A stretch of DNA of 63,331 bases, filler included, from Folioceros fuciformis (GCA_049999805.1; 11 parts of 11 records of this genome joined end to end with filler, not necessarily neighbours in it); one strand, 5' to 3'; counted from the first letter of the whole stretch, positions 1 to 13,890 are shown. Made by a program: numbers and translations. The notes: generated by a model not told the origin, from the sequence alone.

Positions 1-418
1 TCACCTCTGTTGTATACACGAGTATGGATCTGCTACCTCGTGACAAGTTGTTGAACTGCTGCTTCAACTAGATTTTCCTAGCTTGTGTGACATTCCCATA
101 GTTCCTCATGAGTATGTCCCATGCATCCTTCGGAGACTCACATCCCGTGATCTGTATGACCATAGCATCTGAAATACTTAAGGAGAGCCAGTGTAACACT
201 GTACATGCTCTCTTAGTCCAATGCTTGTGAGCAGTCTTTTGCTCTTGTGATGGAGTACGATCCATCTCTGGTTCACTCTCATTACCTGTGGAGAGGTCCC
301 AATAGCCTCTACCTACCAAGAAGTTTTTCATCCTGAACTTCCACAAAGCAAAATTTTTGTTATCTAACTTCTCTCCCACAACCTCAGAGATATTGTCTGA
401 TCCCTGCACGTTAGCCAT
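1..418 (-). mobile_element. Ty1/Copia LTR retrotransposon A, N-terminal Gag fragment (premature stop at 68)
   Basis: ORF 68-418 reads KLDNKNFALWKFRMKNFLVGRGYW...SPKDAWDIL, typical of a Copia Gag N-terminus; lies downstream of an iMet PBS. Confidence 0.85.
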
Positions 419-930
419 GATTCAGGCTCCTTNNNNNNNNNNNNNNNNNNNNNNNNNNNNNNNNNNNNNNNNNNNNNNNNNNNNNNNNNNNNNNNNNNNN
501 NNNNNNNNNNNNNNNNNNNNNNNNNNNNNNNNACTGCTGTAGAGCTCTAGCACTCCACAAGCCTCAATCAGATCTCAACAATTCCTGAATGTGCAGCTGA
601 CTCTTTGCTAAGCAAAAATAGCCTTTGCTCAAGCTTTCAAAAAACAGAACACTATTTGCCAAGTTCAGGCCTTCCTCCTCGCAAATCCTGGGCCTGCTGT
701 GCCTTCCATGGCCTGGTTGCCTCTAATAGTTGCTGCTCCTCCTGAGTCTCTCTCCCTCTCGCGCCTCTCGCGCGCTCTTGCGCCTGTGGCGCTTATTGCG
801 GCTTCCCACGCCGCCTACGCCGCTGCGCCTCTTGCGCCTCTCAATGGCTTGCGTTGCCAGCCACCTTCACGCTCACAGCCATAGCCTCAAACCCCCGCCA
901 TAGCCACCATGGCCGCCGGCGCTCTCTCTG

Positions 931-942
931 GCTCTGATACCA
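931..942 (-). promoter_or_regulatory. Primer-binding site (tRNA-iMet) of Copia A
   Basis: Minus strand reads ...TTTCAACA-TGGTATCAGAGC, the canonical plant iMet PBS directly after an LTR CA end. Confidence 0.9.
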
Positions 943-1167
943 TGTTGAAATAGAACCACTAGCGTAGATGGACTCCACAATACATTCCTTATGGTGCACA
1001 AGATGCTACATATATATCCTTCAGGCGGGGCAACCCTCGATAAGGTAAGCCTTAGTCTCGAGGGTGCAATATCCTCGTATATCCTGATAACACTTAGGTG
1101 GTAGATAACTACGAGTTCAATATGGGATAATCTACACTATCCTAAGTGTTGTATGCTCTTAATAACA
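943..1167 (-). repeat. 5' LTR of Copia A (about 225 bp)
   Basis: Bounded by TGTTG(943)...TAACA(1167) inverted termini; PBS on one side, Gypsy pol-like sequence resumes on the other. Confidence 0.7.
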
Positions 1168-4137
1168 ATTCAGTTAGAGCTTGATTTCTAACACTCCCCA
1201 GTGTACATGTCCTTGCTCCATGACAAGCAGATTCTTCCTTCCTTGGTCTTTGGGTCCCAATCCAGCGGCTTAAAACGTACCTCCTTTCGCCCCCACCTAA
1301 AGGTACATCTAGCACCATACATTTAAGTTCTTCCAATCAATACTTCATATCCTGGGGCATTCTGTTTAATCACCACATAATCCATAAGATATGGAATGGT
1401 GCCGATGTGAGTCAAAACTCCAAGAATCTCCCCAACAGGTGCCATTTTTGACATGTTCGCCAGCCGCAAAACTTTGGTGGTGTGCTCGATCTCCAACCCC
1501 AGCTTCCGGGCCATGTCTTCAGTCATGATGTTCACTCCAGACCCTGTGTCCAGAGGCACCTTTTTAATCACACACCCGGCGATCTCAATTTGTAACTCGG
1601 CTGGTCCTTGATCCGCCATCGTCACCAGGTTTACCGAATAAGTCTTCGGCCTCACCCTTGGCAAACTCTGCTTCCTCTTGGGCTGTGCCATCTTTAGCGG
1701 TCTTCGCAGTTGCTGCCTGTATCGCGGTGTGTCCCGGAGTAGCTGACCAAAAGTCACTATGAATTTTTGATCCATAATGGCTTCTGCCAAGTCAAGCACT
1801 TGCGCCCTCCCCTTCTCAGCTTCTGTTGCAGGTCGTTCATCCACCTTCCCAGGCCCTTCCTGGTCCCCTGCAGTTGCGGAGTTGGGTCGCTCTGCACCGA
1901 GCGTCGCCGCGCGTTTAGGAGTTGGGTCCAACTCCTCTCGAATCATCTCTGCTACCTTTCGCCATACATCTGGAGGGAAACCCAGCGCTCTCAATCTATC
2001 CAGTTGCGAGGTTTCCTTTGGTGCCCCCGCCCTTTGGACTAGTTCATCCATGGATTGTCGTTCTTCCTCAATACGCGTCGCCGAATTAGCGGGCATGCCT
2101 TCTCCTGTTTCCACCTCCACTGGATCTTTTGGCGCTTCCTCCGGTGATGACAGTTCCTTTTCGCCACTACTCGCAAAGGTCGACACGTCTTCCGATGTGT
2201 CCGAGGTGGCGGGATGCCTTCTTCCTCCTCGTTTCCCCTCCGTCGATTCATCAGCCCCCTTGGTGGCTCTAGCTCTACCTCGGGTTCGGACAGCCATGGT
2301 GGGTGCCTCCTCATAGTACCTTTCATCCAGGTTGCCCAAGCCCTCCAGTTCTCTCAGCATGTGAGCTTCCGCGTCCTCCCATACAGCCATCAGCACGTCT
2401 ATCACTTGCGCAGTCGGTGGGGCACTGGGTCCAGCGGGCTGAATCACAGTTGCTGGGATGGAAGCGATCCGCACATGTTTTTTCGATGCTATGCATAGGA
2501 CGCTTCCAGCCACATGGCCCATCTGCTTACAGTGAGTGCACAGCCTCTCGTAGTCGCCATTCCCTTGTCGTGTCGCCGAAGGACAACTATTCGCGAAGTG
2601 CCCTATGCCCCGACAGTTGTAACATTGAATCGTTGTCAACTGCCCTGGATTCCTGGCAACTTGACCCCTTATGCCCATAGGTGCATTGCTGCGCAGGTGT
2701 GGAGGATAGGACGTCTTCAGGTATCCCAGCATAGCTATTGCCTCCTGAATCTGATAGGCGTCCTCCCTATAGGCTTCCTCCCCCTCCTCCTCGTACTCCA
2801 CAATCTGCACCTTCACCTGCGGACAACTTGCCCTTGAGTGACCCTGCTGTCCACAATTCAAACAAAAGAGGTTGGCTCTTCCACCCATCGCAACTCGCCA
2901 CCTCTCCTGATCCTTCACCGCGTTGATCTGCAACTTCTCTAGTTTGGCCAGAATCTCCCCCATCTTGGTTCCTTGTTGCTCGACCTTTTTGATTGCCAGC
3001 TCCACCTCCCTTCTCACTTGCTCAGCTCCTCGTCTGGCGCTTGCAGACTCTGGCTTGCCCTTCCCTGACTCCCTGCTCTTGGACTGATGTTTCCGGCTCG
3101 GTCCTGCCTTCACCACTTTCTTATTTTTCCTCTGTCTTCTCTTATCCTACGACGAATCCTCTTCCGAGCTCGACGAGTCCTTGGTTGTCGGACTGTCTGA
3201 TGAAGCACATGAGGATTGTTCTCCCTCCGACGAGTCATCTTCTGAAGTGGAGGAGTACTTTTTCTTCCCCCTCGAATTCTTTTTCTTTCCTTCACGACTC
3301 CGTTTCTCCTCCTTGTGCGACTTCTTCTTCACCTCAGTGTTGGACTCTTCGTAATTCAACGTTGCCCGTACTGCCCTCTCTAGATCCTCCTCTGCTTGCA
3401 GACGCACATGCCTTCCCATTGCCGACCCCAATCCTCTTGCAAACCATCGAATAGCCATCAGCTCTAAATGTGGTCCAGCTCGGTCTCGCAGACTATGGAA
3501 TCTTTCCACATACGCTTGCAGCGTCTCCCTTTGCCTTCATTGCAGCCTCTCCAGGTTGGACAGAACATATCCTTCCACGTCCACCTCTCGGAATCTTTCA
3601 CAAAATGCCCTTTTGAGCGCGTCAAAGGTGGTTGGCTGTGTCGTTGTCTTGAGGTATTCTCTTTTGTACCATGTGGACTCCATAGAACAACTGTACACGC
3701 TGCGCGTTGTTCGCCTCCTGATTTGAGATGGTCAACTGTTCAAAACGCTCCATGAAATCATCAGGATCCTCATACCCCTTCTTCTCACCATACAGCGGGT
3801 ATGACTATTTAGTGGTCACGGCAACTAGGGTAGTGCTCATGGCTACCATTGCGGCCTGGCCTACCGTGGTATTCGGTACGGCTACCGAACCGGCACCAGC
3901 TTCTATACCCACAAAATTTGTCTGAGCTAAGATAGAACTAGGTTGGCTGGGTTGGCCCGCAATCACCACTACAGGCCGTAGGTGAGAGCACCCCACCCCA
4001 AATACCTCTTCCTCCTCCTTGACCGGTCTAGGAGGCGGTTGCCTTTCCACCACAGTCGGACTCCTTGGCTCCCTCCGCCGCACAACAAACACACGCTCCC
4101 GTTGCATCCTTCGCGCAACTCGCTGCAATCGCTCCAC
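1168..4137 (-). mobile_element. Ty3/Gypsy element (Athila-type PBS): disrupted Gag with zinc knuckles plus aspartic protease, cut off by the Copia A insertion
   Basis: ORF 1323-3116 has CLNCGQQGHSRASC, CYNCRGIGHFANSC, a degenerate third knuckle, and protease motifs LDTGSG and VLIGR; upstream Gag pieces 3147-3509 and 3805-4137 are frameshifted. Confidence 0.85.
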
Positions 4138-4311
4138 TGCCTGGCGTTGTCGCCTCTTCGATGGTTGTTCCCCTAGGTTAGACTCTAAGTCGCTGACCTT
4201 TCACGAGGCATCCATTAACCACAACTACCCGGACTTTCTCTCTCCAGTCCGCTCTACACTTCTCCACTTAGCTGTTAGTCACTCCTACCTATGTCTCTAA
4301 CATCTATTCAT

Positions 4312-4329
4312 TCCCCGGCAACGACGCCA
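4312..4329 (-). promoter_or_regulatory. Athila-type (tRNA-Asp) primer-binding site
   Basis: Minus strand TGGCGTCGTTGCCGGGGA a few nt after the LTR end CCCCCACA; one mismatch to the Athila consensus TGGCGCCGTTGCCGGGGA. Confidence 0.8.
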
Positions 4330-4332
4330 AAA

Positions 4333-4973
4333 TGTGGGGGAAAATATTGCACTCAGGGGTGCTGCGAGGTCCACACAAACCCTCTTTATCGTTATAGCAT
4401 TGGGATTCGATCCCAAGGGAATGATATGTCAAATAACACAGGTTTCTTCTAAAAGTCAGTTACTACCTAGGACGGGCTTTAACTACCCCAACTATTTGGC
4501 TACCTTAACCTTACCACGACTCGACTACTACCGTCGCCCCCTCAACTACCTTAACCCTAGGCTACCTGACGGCTTACTCGGCTGCCGGGATGCGTGCCAC
4601 TCCAACTACCATCCCCCAGCTACTTCGTCGCCTCCACGACTACCGCAACACTTATAAATTAGGATCGAGGTGGAAGCGAGAGCAAGCAAGAAGATGTAGA
4701 ATGATAATCTTTACTTTGGCCGTGTGGCCTTAAAAAAAAGACTGAACGGTTGTGTCCTGTGAGTGTGAAGGTACGGCGATTAGTTTTAGGTCGCCGACCC
4801 TTATGTATGTCGCTAGGAATCTACCGGTTCCCATCTAAATATGATTTACTATTTATTAATGCTAGATATATATAATTCTACCAATACTCCCACTTAGCCA
4901 GCATTACCCTAGTTAGGACTGCGAAACCACGGGTTAAGAAACCTCGCCGAAGTTAGGTCTCCAGTTCTCTTCA
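4333..4973 (-). repeat. 5' LTR of the Athila-type Gypsy (distal boundary approximate)
   Basis: TG start at 4333 next to the PBS; its first ~130 bp recur in reverse at about 39575-39707; candidate CA end at 4973. Confidence 0.6.
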
Positions 4974-5441
4974 TGCCCGCCGCCGCTGTTCACAGTCCAT
5001 GGATGAGCTCACAACTGTGATTCTGGTGCTGGCGCTGTTGCTGTGTGCTTGGATTCTTTGATGTTGCCGGCCTTGCGCAGACTACAGCAATCTAGAGAAG
5101 GCACACTCAAGATGGCGGCTGGCGCATGGTTTTTTTACTGCTTGCGCCCAATGCTCCATTCCGATGCCTTACAAACTGCTTCGACAGATTTCATGTATGC
5201 TGGCTGTGACGTCACAGATGATGGTCGGCAAATTCTCCGCTATGGTTTGCTTCTTCAGACTTGCTCTGTAAGTGACTCCTCCTACTAGAGCTTGTGTAGG
5301 ATGCTTTCTGACCTCATACCTTTGTGTTACGCAGAGCCTTGGTGGCGCTGCACCACAGAGATGCCATCCAGAAGGTTTCATCCTTCGTGAAGTGCCACAG
5401 GGTTAGAGTCGAGATGCTAGCTAGGTGGAAGGTTCTGGTAA

Positions 5442-8400
5442 CTAGGACTCTGGGTCCTCAGCTAAGCCCATTGCAGCTGCAAATTTTTCGTGTTTTTCTC
5501 TGGTAAGTGCCTTGGTGAGCAGGTCTGCAATGTTGCTATGAGTGGACACGAACTGTAAGTTTGCACGTCCCTCACTGACCACTTGCCTTATAAAGTGGTG
5601 CTTGATTTCTATGTGTTTTGTTCTGGCGTGTATGACAGGGTTCTGGGCCAAAGCTATGGCTGACTGGTTATCGCTCAGAAGGAGTGTTGGGTCAGTTTGC
5701 TCTTCCCCAAGAGAGGGTAGCAATTCCCTGCCATGGATAATGTCTTGTGCGGCTGTGGTGGCAGATATGTACTCTGCTTCAGTGGAGGACAGAGCCACCA
5801 CAGGTTGCTTCTTACTATGCCATGATATTATTGTTGCCTATGTCTCATCTTCTCCTAGCATGAGGCAATGTGCAGATATTGACCGACGGCTGTCTGAATC
5901 AACCGCCCAGTCGGCATCACAATAACAGGTTAGTTGCAGCTTGCTTGGTCTTTGCTTATAGAGTAACCCCATCTTTGGTGTACCACCAAGATAGCGGATA
6001 CATCTCTGAACTGCTTGCCAGTGTGCTAGTCCATAGTTGGAAAGGAACTGAGAGGTCACACCCACAGCGTGTGAGAGCTCAGGGCGTGTCCAGTTGCGGA
6101 AGTAGATGAGTATTCCCACTACAGGCCGATATGGTGTCTTTTCCATCTGAATGCGTTCTGATTCATTCTTTGGACATTGCTCTAATGTGAGCTTCTCACC
6201 CACTGCCATTGGTGTTGCAGCAGGTGTAGCATTCTGCATTCTGAATCGTGCAAGGGTCTGGACAACGAACTGTGCCTGATGAATAAATATTGTATGCCTT
6301 CCCAGGTTTTGACGTATTTGAATACCTAGGAACCAAGTCAGTTGACCTAAATCTGTCATAGAAAACTCTGAGGTGAGAATGCTCTTGACTTTGTTCATCT
6401 GCACTGGGTTGCTGGATATGATGACAACATCATCGACATACAGTGCTAGGTAAGCTACTCCATTTTTATCATGCAACTTATAGACATTTGAATCAGCTGT
6501 GCTTTGGACGAAACCACACTTCTTTAAGTAGGTATCTATTCTTTTGTACCACTCACGTGGTGATTTCTTTAACCCATACAGTGTTTTGATAAGACGACAT
6601 ACCTTATTTGGATGCTTTGGGTCAACGTACCCTTCAGGCTGACGCATGTATATTGTTTCCTCCAGGTCGCCATTCAAGAAGGCGGTTTTGACGTCCATGT
6701 GTTGAAGAAGGTAGTCATGCTGGGCTGCTATCGCCAGCAAGGTACGGATGGATGTAGCTCTGACTACTGGAGAGAATGTCTCCGAGTAGTCTAGTCCTTC
6801 AACTTGGCTGTAACCTCGAGCTACCAGCCGAGCTTTGTATCTTGCTATAGATCCATCAGCCGCTTTCTTCAACTTGAATACCCATTTGCATGTTACAGCT
6901 TTTCGTCCAGGTGGTAAGTCTTCAAGTATCCATGTTTTGTTATCCATTATAGACTTGTATTCTAATTCGATTGCTTCATGCCACTTAGCTTTCTCAGGTG
7001 AGTTCATTGCCTCCTGGTAGGACTGTGGCTCACCCATGTCGATTGGCATGTCTTCATGCACTAGAAAGCTTTGGTATGAAAGTGGAGGAGTGGTCCATTC
7101 ATACGGGGACGCAGTGTGATGTCTGGAACTACGGCGAGGAGCTTCCTCTGATGCTGGTTCAGGTTCAGATTCAGGTTCTGCGTCTTCCTCTTGTATTGTG
7201 GCTTCCGAAGGTGATACACTATTTGTCTCTTCATTTGGACTTTCAGTCTCCTCTTCAACTTCATCTTCTGGGAAGTTAGAGGGTTCTGCATCACTCTCAC
7301 TGTCTGTCTGGGAATCTATAGGAGCCACAGGGTGTACAGCCTGTGAGGAAGTGGTACTATGCGATGTGGTTGTGAATGCTCCATCTTCACTTGTATCCTC
7401 AGGTTCGTTAGGCTGGACATCTAACCTGGGCTGGTTTATTGAAGGAGTGAGTAGCATTTTTTCATTAAATACTACACTTCGGGCATGGATAGTTGTTCTA
7501 GTTTGTGGATCTAGCAGCTTATAGCCTTTTATTCCTTCAGTATACCCCACAAAGACGTACTTTCTTGCTTTATAATCTAACTTCACTCTTTGTTTCTTTG
7601 CAAGGTGAGCATATGCTGGGGAACCGAAGATTCGCAGGTGATTAATTCGCGGCTTGTGAGTAGTCCATCTCTCAAATGGTGTAGCTCCAGTAAAAGCTTT
7701 GGTAGGCAGTCGATTTCTGATATACGCTGCTGTTGCTACAGCCTCACCCCAATAACCCCGTGTGAGGCCCGACACTTTAAGCATAGCCTTGGCTGCTAAC
7801 TGAAGGTGTTTGTTGTTCAGCTTGGCCAAGGGATTCTGAGAAGAAGTATACGGTACAGTGAGCTGCCTATGTATTCCAAGTTCTTTGCAGTAATCCTGGA
7901 ATGTGCCTGAAATAAATTCTCCACCATTGTCACTGCGCAGGGTCTTCAGCTGCTCTCCAGTTTGCCTCTGGGCAAAAGACACATACTCCCTGAAGCAGCT
8001 AAGTGTTTGGCTCTTATGCCTGAGAAGCTACACTACTACATACCTACTCCAATCGTCAATCAAGGAAAGAATGTATAGTGCACCTCCCAAGGTTGCAGTT
8101 GACATGGGACCACATAGGTCAGTATGAACAACTTCAAGTAGCTTCGTAGCTCTTGTTGGGTTGTCATCTGTGTATGGACTGCGTTGGTGCTTCCCAAACA
8201 CGCATGCTTCACAGAACTGCTTCTCTGCAAACTGGAGCATGAACTTCTCTCGGTAAAGTGTATTGCTGGCTATCATTGTCTTCATTTTGTCGAAGTTGGC
8301 ATGGCCCAGCCGACAGTGCTATAGCATAGCTGCATCATTGTTCTTGGTCTCTTGACTGACGTGGACTTGTGCACGTGTAAGTGGGAGACCATGCTCAGAG

Positions 8401-9710
8401 TTAATGTTGAGTTGATATAAATCATGGAAAGGTTCTCCTATAGCTAACACGTTGTTCTTGTTTGTAGGGTCAATGACTTGACACTTGAGACCCGTGAAGG
8501 AGACATTCAGAGTGTGCTGTGTGGTCAGCTTACGAACTGACACAAGATTCTTGACCATAGAAGGTACGTGCAACACATCTTCCAACACCAAGGTGGTGTT
8601 GTTACTCAACATAACTGGTACTGACCCGGTGCCCTCTATGTGCAGGCCACTGTCATCTCCAAGAAGAACAAATTGACCGGGTGGAACAGCCTTATACTCA
8701 GTAAAGGACTGCTTGCAATGACAGATGTGAGCAGACGCACCTGAGTCTATAAACCAAACGTGTTTATTCGACGCAGTTGAGACCAAGCATACAGCTAAAA
8801 TGGTGTTTCCCTTACGCTGTACGACATTTGATGCTGGTGATGGTGCAGTTCATCTTGGCTCGCCTGCCTTCTTTTTACGACAATCAGCTTCCCAATGGCC
8901 AGGTATGAGACACCAATTGCAGGGTCCCTTCTTTTTGGCTGATTGTGCTTGTGGTGGACGATTTTTATAACCAGTGTTAAGATTTGGAGTCCAGGACTGC
9001 CTTGGTGGAAATCTTTTAGGACCCCTGTTCGCATGCAGTGCCCTGGTTGAAGATTCTCCTCGGGAGGTGCCACCTTGGTTCACAGTTCGGGTTGACTCTT
9101 CCTCGAGAAGAGCTCCAATTATATCCGCCAATGTAATATCAGGTTGCTGGCCTGGCTGAGCATTCTGGGCTGCATGGCGCAAAGCAGAACTCTGGTTGCT
9201 TACAAACGTGCGGTTGCTGGGAGGAAGAGAGAGAAGGAGGGCAACTGCTGCCTGCATCTCCGTGGTCCTCGTCCCACTTGAGGTAAGATTTGATCGTAAC
9301 TGTCGAAACTTCACCACATGTTGATCCACTGGTTCATTCTCACGCATTTTACAAGTATAGAACGCTCTTGTAGCTCCAACCAGCGATGAGCCGTTGCTTA
9401 CTTGATATGTATGTGTGAGTGAGTCCCAAGCTTCTTTTGTATTCTCCACATCTTGTGTATGAGACATCATTGATCCATCCAATGCGGACTGGATCACTCC
9501 AAGTGCTCTCAGGTCCAGTTTCTCCCAAGCTTCTACTTGTGCAGCGGTCACAGTGGGTCCAGTTGGTTTAGGTACGGTTCCCGTGACAACTCCCCACAGG
9601 CCATTCTCTTTTAGAATTGTCTGGACTCTAAGTGACCAAATATCAAACTGGGACCCTGAGAAGCGGTCCTTGAAATCTATCTTCAGGTTGGTAATAACTG
9701 GAGTGACCAT
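5442..9710 (-). mobile_element. Ty1/Copia retrotransposon B: near-complete gag-PR-INT-RT-RNaseH with a few stops/frameshifts
   Basis: Gag with CNWCLIPGHWEADC (8850-9710), protease WFIDSGAS (8319-8786), integrase CEAC/VHTDLCGP/LRSDNGGEF, RT KARLVARGY and LYVDD, RNaseH DADWA, EAEY, KHIEIKHHFIR; Copia domain order. Confidence 0.95.
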
Positions 9711-9848
9711 GTTTACTATGATCTGATTTGCAAGGGTCGCTGCTACTAACTCAGCTTGCTTCTTACGTGCATCTGCTAGTGCCTTCCTGTGACGTGCTCG
9801 CTGAATGCGATCAAGGGCTGGATCTACTTTAGAAGTGCTACTACCTTG

Positions 9849-10181
9849 TGTGAACCTCCAAAGTTTGGGGTAGTAGTTTGTTTTGGTTGAAAAAGGGTTA
9901 ATAGTGGTATGGTTTGGTTTTCTTTTTCAACTTATTTTCCCTAATTTTCCTTGATTTTCTGGTCATTTTTCCTATTTTTCTTTGTGCTAATTAGATTAAT
10001 TGACCAGGAAATAGTTGGTTTGGTTATAAGAGTGGGTATAGGTTTGGTCCCAGACCTGGGAAGGTTTAGGTTCGGTACCAGGCCATAGGGTTGGGTGATT
10101 AGTTTAATATTAATTTAAAATATATAATATTAAATGATTAAATAATAATATAATAATATTAAATAATAATAATATAATAAT
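9849..10181 (+). repeat. Dispersed LTR-like repeat family X, copy 1 (inserted upstream of Copia B gag, truncated at contig end)
   Basis: Starts TGTGAACCTCCAAAGTTTGGGGTAGTAG; near-identical to 38469-38873 and to the reverse complement of 35812-36188. Confidence 0.8.
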
Positions 10182-10281
10182 NNNNNNNNNNNNNNNNNNN
10201 NNNNNNNNNNNNNNNNNNNNNNNNNTTAATTAATTAANNNNNNNNNNNNNNNNNNNNNNNNNNNNNNNNNNNNNNNNNNNN
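10182..10281. other. Artificial contig linker N44-TTAATTAATTAA-N44 (also at 19623, 21912, 24161, 35371, 38874, 43823, 47250, 50476, 52761)
   Basis: Identical 100-nt spacer with a six-frame stop motif occurs 10 times. Confidence 0.97.
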
Positions 10282-13200
10282 CATCAACAACATACTTGAA
10301 GGTGCCAGGTCCTATGTTGTCTCCAATAGTTTGCATAACTTGATTGTCAAACTTCTTGAGACTTAACAAGAAAACTAGAGATACTACTACAATTGTGAAC
10401 CTCATGTTATATTTCATATTACATTTTTGTGTTATGGTGATGAGAGATGTAATTAGTATTACATTGGAAATAGCCTCGAGGTTGTTGTGTTGCATGTAAA
10501 TTACAAAACTGCAACTAGCCAGGAACAACTTGGAATGCTTGTGCATGTTTTGAAAGTGCTACATCCATGCAACATCAATGGGTGACGTGCTGCATGTATG
10601 TTGGAAGAGTGATACAAGAATGCAACATGAAGCCGTGCAAGAGATGGTATTGTCATCATGGAAGGAGGTTTGGAGTCCCCGAGTTGCATCTACTTTGTGC
10701 CACTAGCATACAACTAGGTTGTGTGACCATAACTTATTCTCACATATAAAATGCATCATTAAACCAAGAGATAGCTCTCACATTAAAGTAAATGAGAACA
10801 AGGTCAACCTCTCATGGCATAATGGCAGAATGAAAAAAAAAGAGGAGGTTAATACATATTATAATATCAGTTAAATATATATCGATTATAAAACTAATTA
10901 CACATGTCGTTTGTCGGTGTGAGCGCATGTTGTTGTATCCTCCCGTCCATGGGAGGAGGTCCCTAAACATGATATAACAATATCATCGGATTAATAGAAC
11001 ACATGTCACACGGCTAGGAGATGAGGAAACATGGCTCGTACTCAAGGGGGGTAGGAATTTGGGNNNNNNNNNNNNNNNNNNNNNNNNNNNNNNNNNNNNN
11101 NNNNNNNNNNNNNNNNNNNNNNNNNNNNNNNNNNNNNNNNNNNNNNNNNNNNNNNNNNNNNNNTTGTTAGGGAGAGATTTTTACAATTCATTTAATATGG
11201 AATCATAATATGCTTATGTCACTATGCTTGTGACATGTGCGGAAAGCATGGAGACGGAATTTATTGAAGAAAGTGTACTCACAAACTAATTGAATTTTCA
11301 TATTAGGGGATATTATGTATGTTACTAGGGCAAGCACATTTTTCACTATGTGTTTCTGTAGGAATAAGTATCCTAAATTAATTTTATGATAAGTTGGAAA
11401 CAAGCAAAGGAGATTTAATGAGATACATGAAGATAAAATAAGGAGAGATTCATACAACTTTGGTTGTTAAGGATTCCATATATTGATAAAAGAACGTGCA
11501 ATATTCAACAAGTAAAGTTTGTTTGGTCGTAGATTGGTTATTACACTAAGGCTGCCTAACATTATTAGTACCAGCACTTCACAAAAGCAACGGGCTCTAA
11601 GTATAACAAGAAGCTAGAGGTCTTGGAGAAAATAATTATGAAGGGTGAAGAAACTATTCCTATTAGCTAAGCTATTTTACCAAGTCAAAATTGATGCTAC
11701 ACATTGTTTGTCTTTGTTAACACTTCATTTGTGGTATGTCATGCAACATGTTGACCCTCCTTGGACTACATGCTCATGCGCAATAAGAACAAAGTTGGTT
11801 TGATTTGCAAGTATGTGATAAATGTTCAACAACTCTTAAGCATACACAAGGATGGTGTATTAGTAGCAAGGTAAAATAGAGGATCAAATGAAACAAATGT
11901 TGCTAAAAGTAACGATACTAACAACATAACTATGGCTTTTTGGGTGAAGGATCAAGAAGATCCACACATTGTGTTGGCTATTAATCCTTTGGTGGCACCA
12001 ATATCTATATTATGATTTGAGATGGTGCAGAAAAAATGCTTGGATTTTGAAGAACCATCATGTATTGAAGTATATGATATAGTTAATTTGAGCATTCAGA
12101 TTTAGCTTTTGAGACAGGCTACATTATGGAACAAACTTAATAGAATTTAAGATAATTAAAGGTATAGGTAAATGACTAACTTCAACAAAGACAAATGTTT
12201 AAATTTTTTGTTGAGAATGAGAAAAGAAAGAGTCTAAATGCTATAAAGGAAATTGTGTGTAAGAAGAAAGAGACGGTGACGTGAAACATAAGCAATTGAT
12301 AAAAGACTAAAACAAATAATAAGATGAAATAAGCTTTTGGTTTAAGAAGCTGACATCCACATTTTAAGAGTGATGAGAGGAGACAACATATTTAGTGCTC
12401 AATTTCAATCGAGTCAATTAGGCCTTCCGTTTTAGAGGGTCACAATCCACTCATTTGGTTTTAGAAGGTGAGAATCCATTGTGTTCATGTGCTCAGATGA
12501 GATGCCTTAATATGATATGAGACAGGTTTTAGTTTTAGAAGGAGAAAATTCATTTTTTTGTGTTGAAACGAGATAAACATTAAACTTAGTTCTATAACCA
12601 GAGGCCATGCATAGGTTTCAATTTCGATACATCATACAGATTTGGAGCAACAACAATGAAGTTTCAACATCATCTATGCCATGATTGAACTTCTTTGTAC
12701 CTTCACAACAACATAACTATGCTCTTTAAATTTCTAAAGTGATATTAGTCCTAACAATTAGGTCCCTCACAAGGTGACTAATGCACACATCTTGTAAACT
12801 ATTTCATGTAAGGCAAAGATTTATACAATTCTATGAAAAACTTAAGCAAACAAACAATAATTTCAAACCTTCAACATTTCCGAGAATTAAACTTCTCCTT
12901 GCATATGTGTCGCTTTGTGAGGTTTCACCATGTCACTGATGTAAGAAAGCTCACAATGTACTTGACTTCTACATGCACATAATAAAAGCAACATCCAACA
13001 CACTGATCTTATTAACCAATGAGACAATTTGGTTAAGCTACAAACTATCTCATCTATAAAGAACCCACAAACTTCATACCTTCAAACGTTTTCAAGAATT
13101 TAGCAGTTTTTTGCATGTGTTCAACCTGTGAAGGTGTGTGTTATGATAGTCTCTTTATGCAGAGACCTCATGTGGTTGATGCCCTATAGATGACTCCTTG

Positions 13201-13754
13201 ATTCTTGCACAAATATAGTAGCTCATTTGGCCTCTCATGCGAAGGAGAAGTTAGCGAAGGTGTGGTGGTAATTCTTTACTCTTCGTTTGATTGGTGTGAT
13301 GAGAACTTCATTCTAGATGCTTACTGCTTGAAATTAGGTCCACACTCCTATTATCGAGTGCAGCAGGTTAGATGTGTTGTCTTCAAATTTGCACCACTTT
13401 CTTTCCGAATTGCTTCATCTATGACGAGAAGTGCACAGCCTCAAAAACATGATTTACAACTTCGATTTGAAACTGATAGGTTAAGAAACCTTTAATCGCG
13501 GGTATTGGAAGCTAGGTACAAAAATGCAAGTATAGAGAACATGTGCAAAAACCTAACCTGTATATGCAACAAGAACTGTGTTGCTATGTCGTGTATGTCC
13601 ATACCAAGCCAGAGTACACTAAGCTGCACATTTGTGGGAATCAAGCCGTATTTGCCTTACTGGCCATCAAGTATTAATGGGAAAGCTCTTTCGACAACCC
13701 GTATACATTGTTGTGTAAAGGGCATTGACCAATACAGCTCTTAGAGCATTGACA

Positions 13755-13890
13755 AGTGTTAGCCAATGCAGGTTTTAGAACAACAAGTATTAGCCAATGC
13801 GGTTTTAGAACAACCACAAGTATTAGCTAGTTTTTAGAACAACAAGAAGTATTAGCCCATGCGATTTAGAACAACCACAAGTATTAGCCA
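13755..13890 (+). repeat. Degenerate tandem repeat, about 30-33 bp unit, 4-5 copies
   Basis: AAGTATTAGCCAATGCGGTTTTAGAACAACCAC-like unit repeated head to tail. Confidence 0.8.

Noticed and set aside
10282-13750. Possible DNA-transposon remnant (a SWIM-like CLC...C pattern near 11700)
   Set aside because: Too decayed; no continuous frame or terminal repeats to support a family call
13755-13890. GTTTTAGA-containing repeats resembling a type II CRISPR repeat start
   Set aside because: Degenerate head-to-tail minisatellite without spacers
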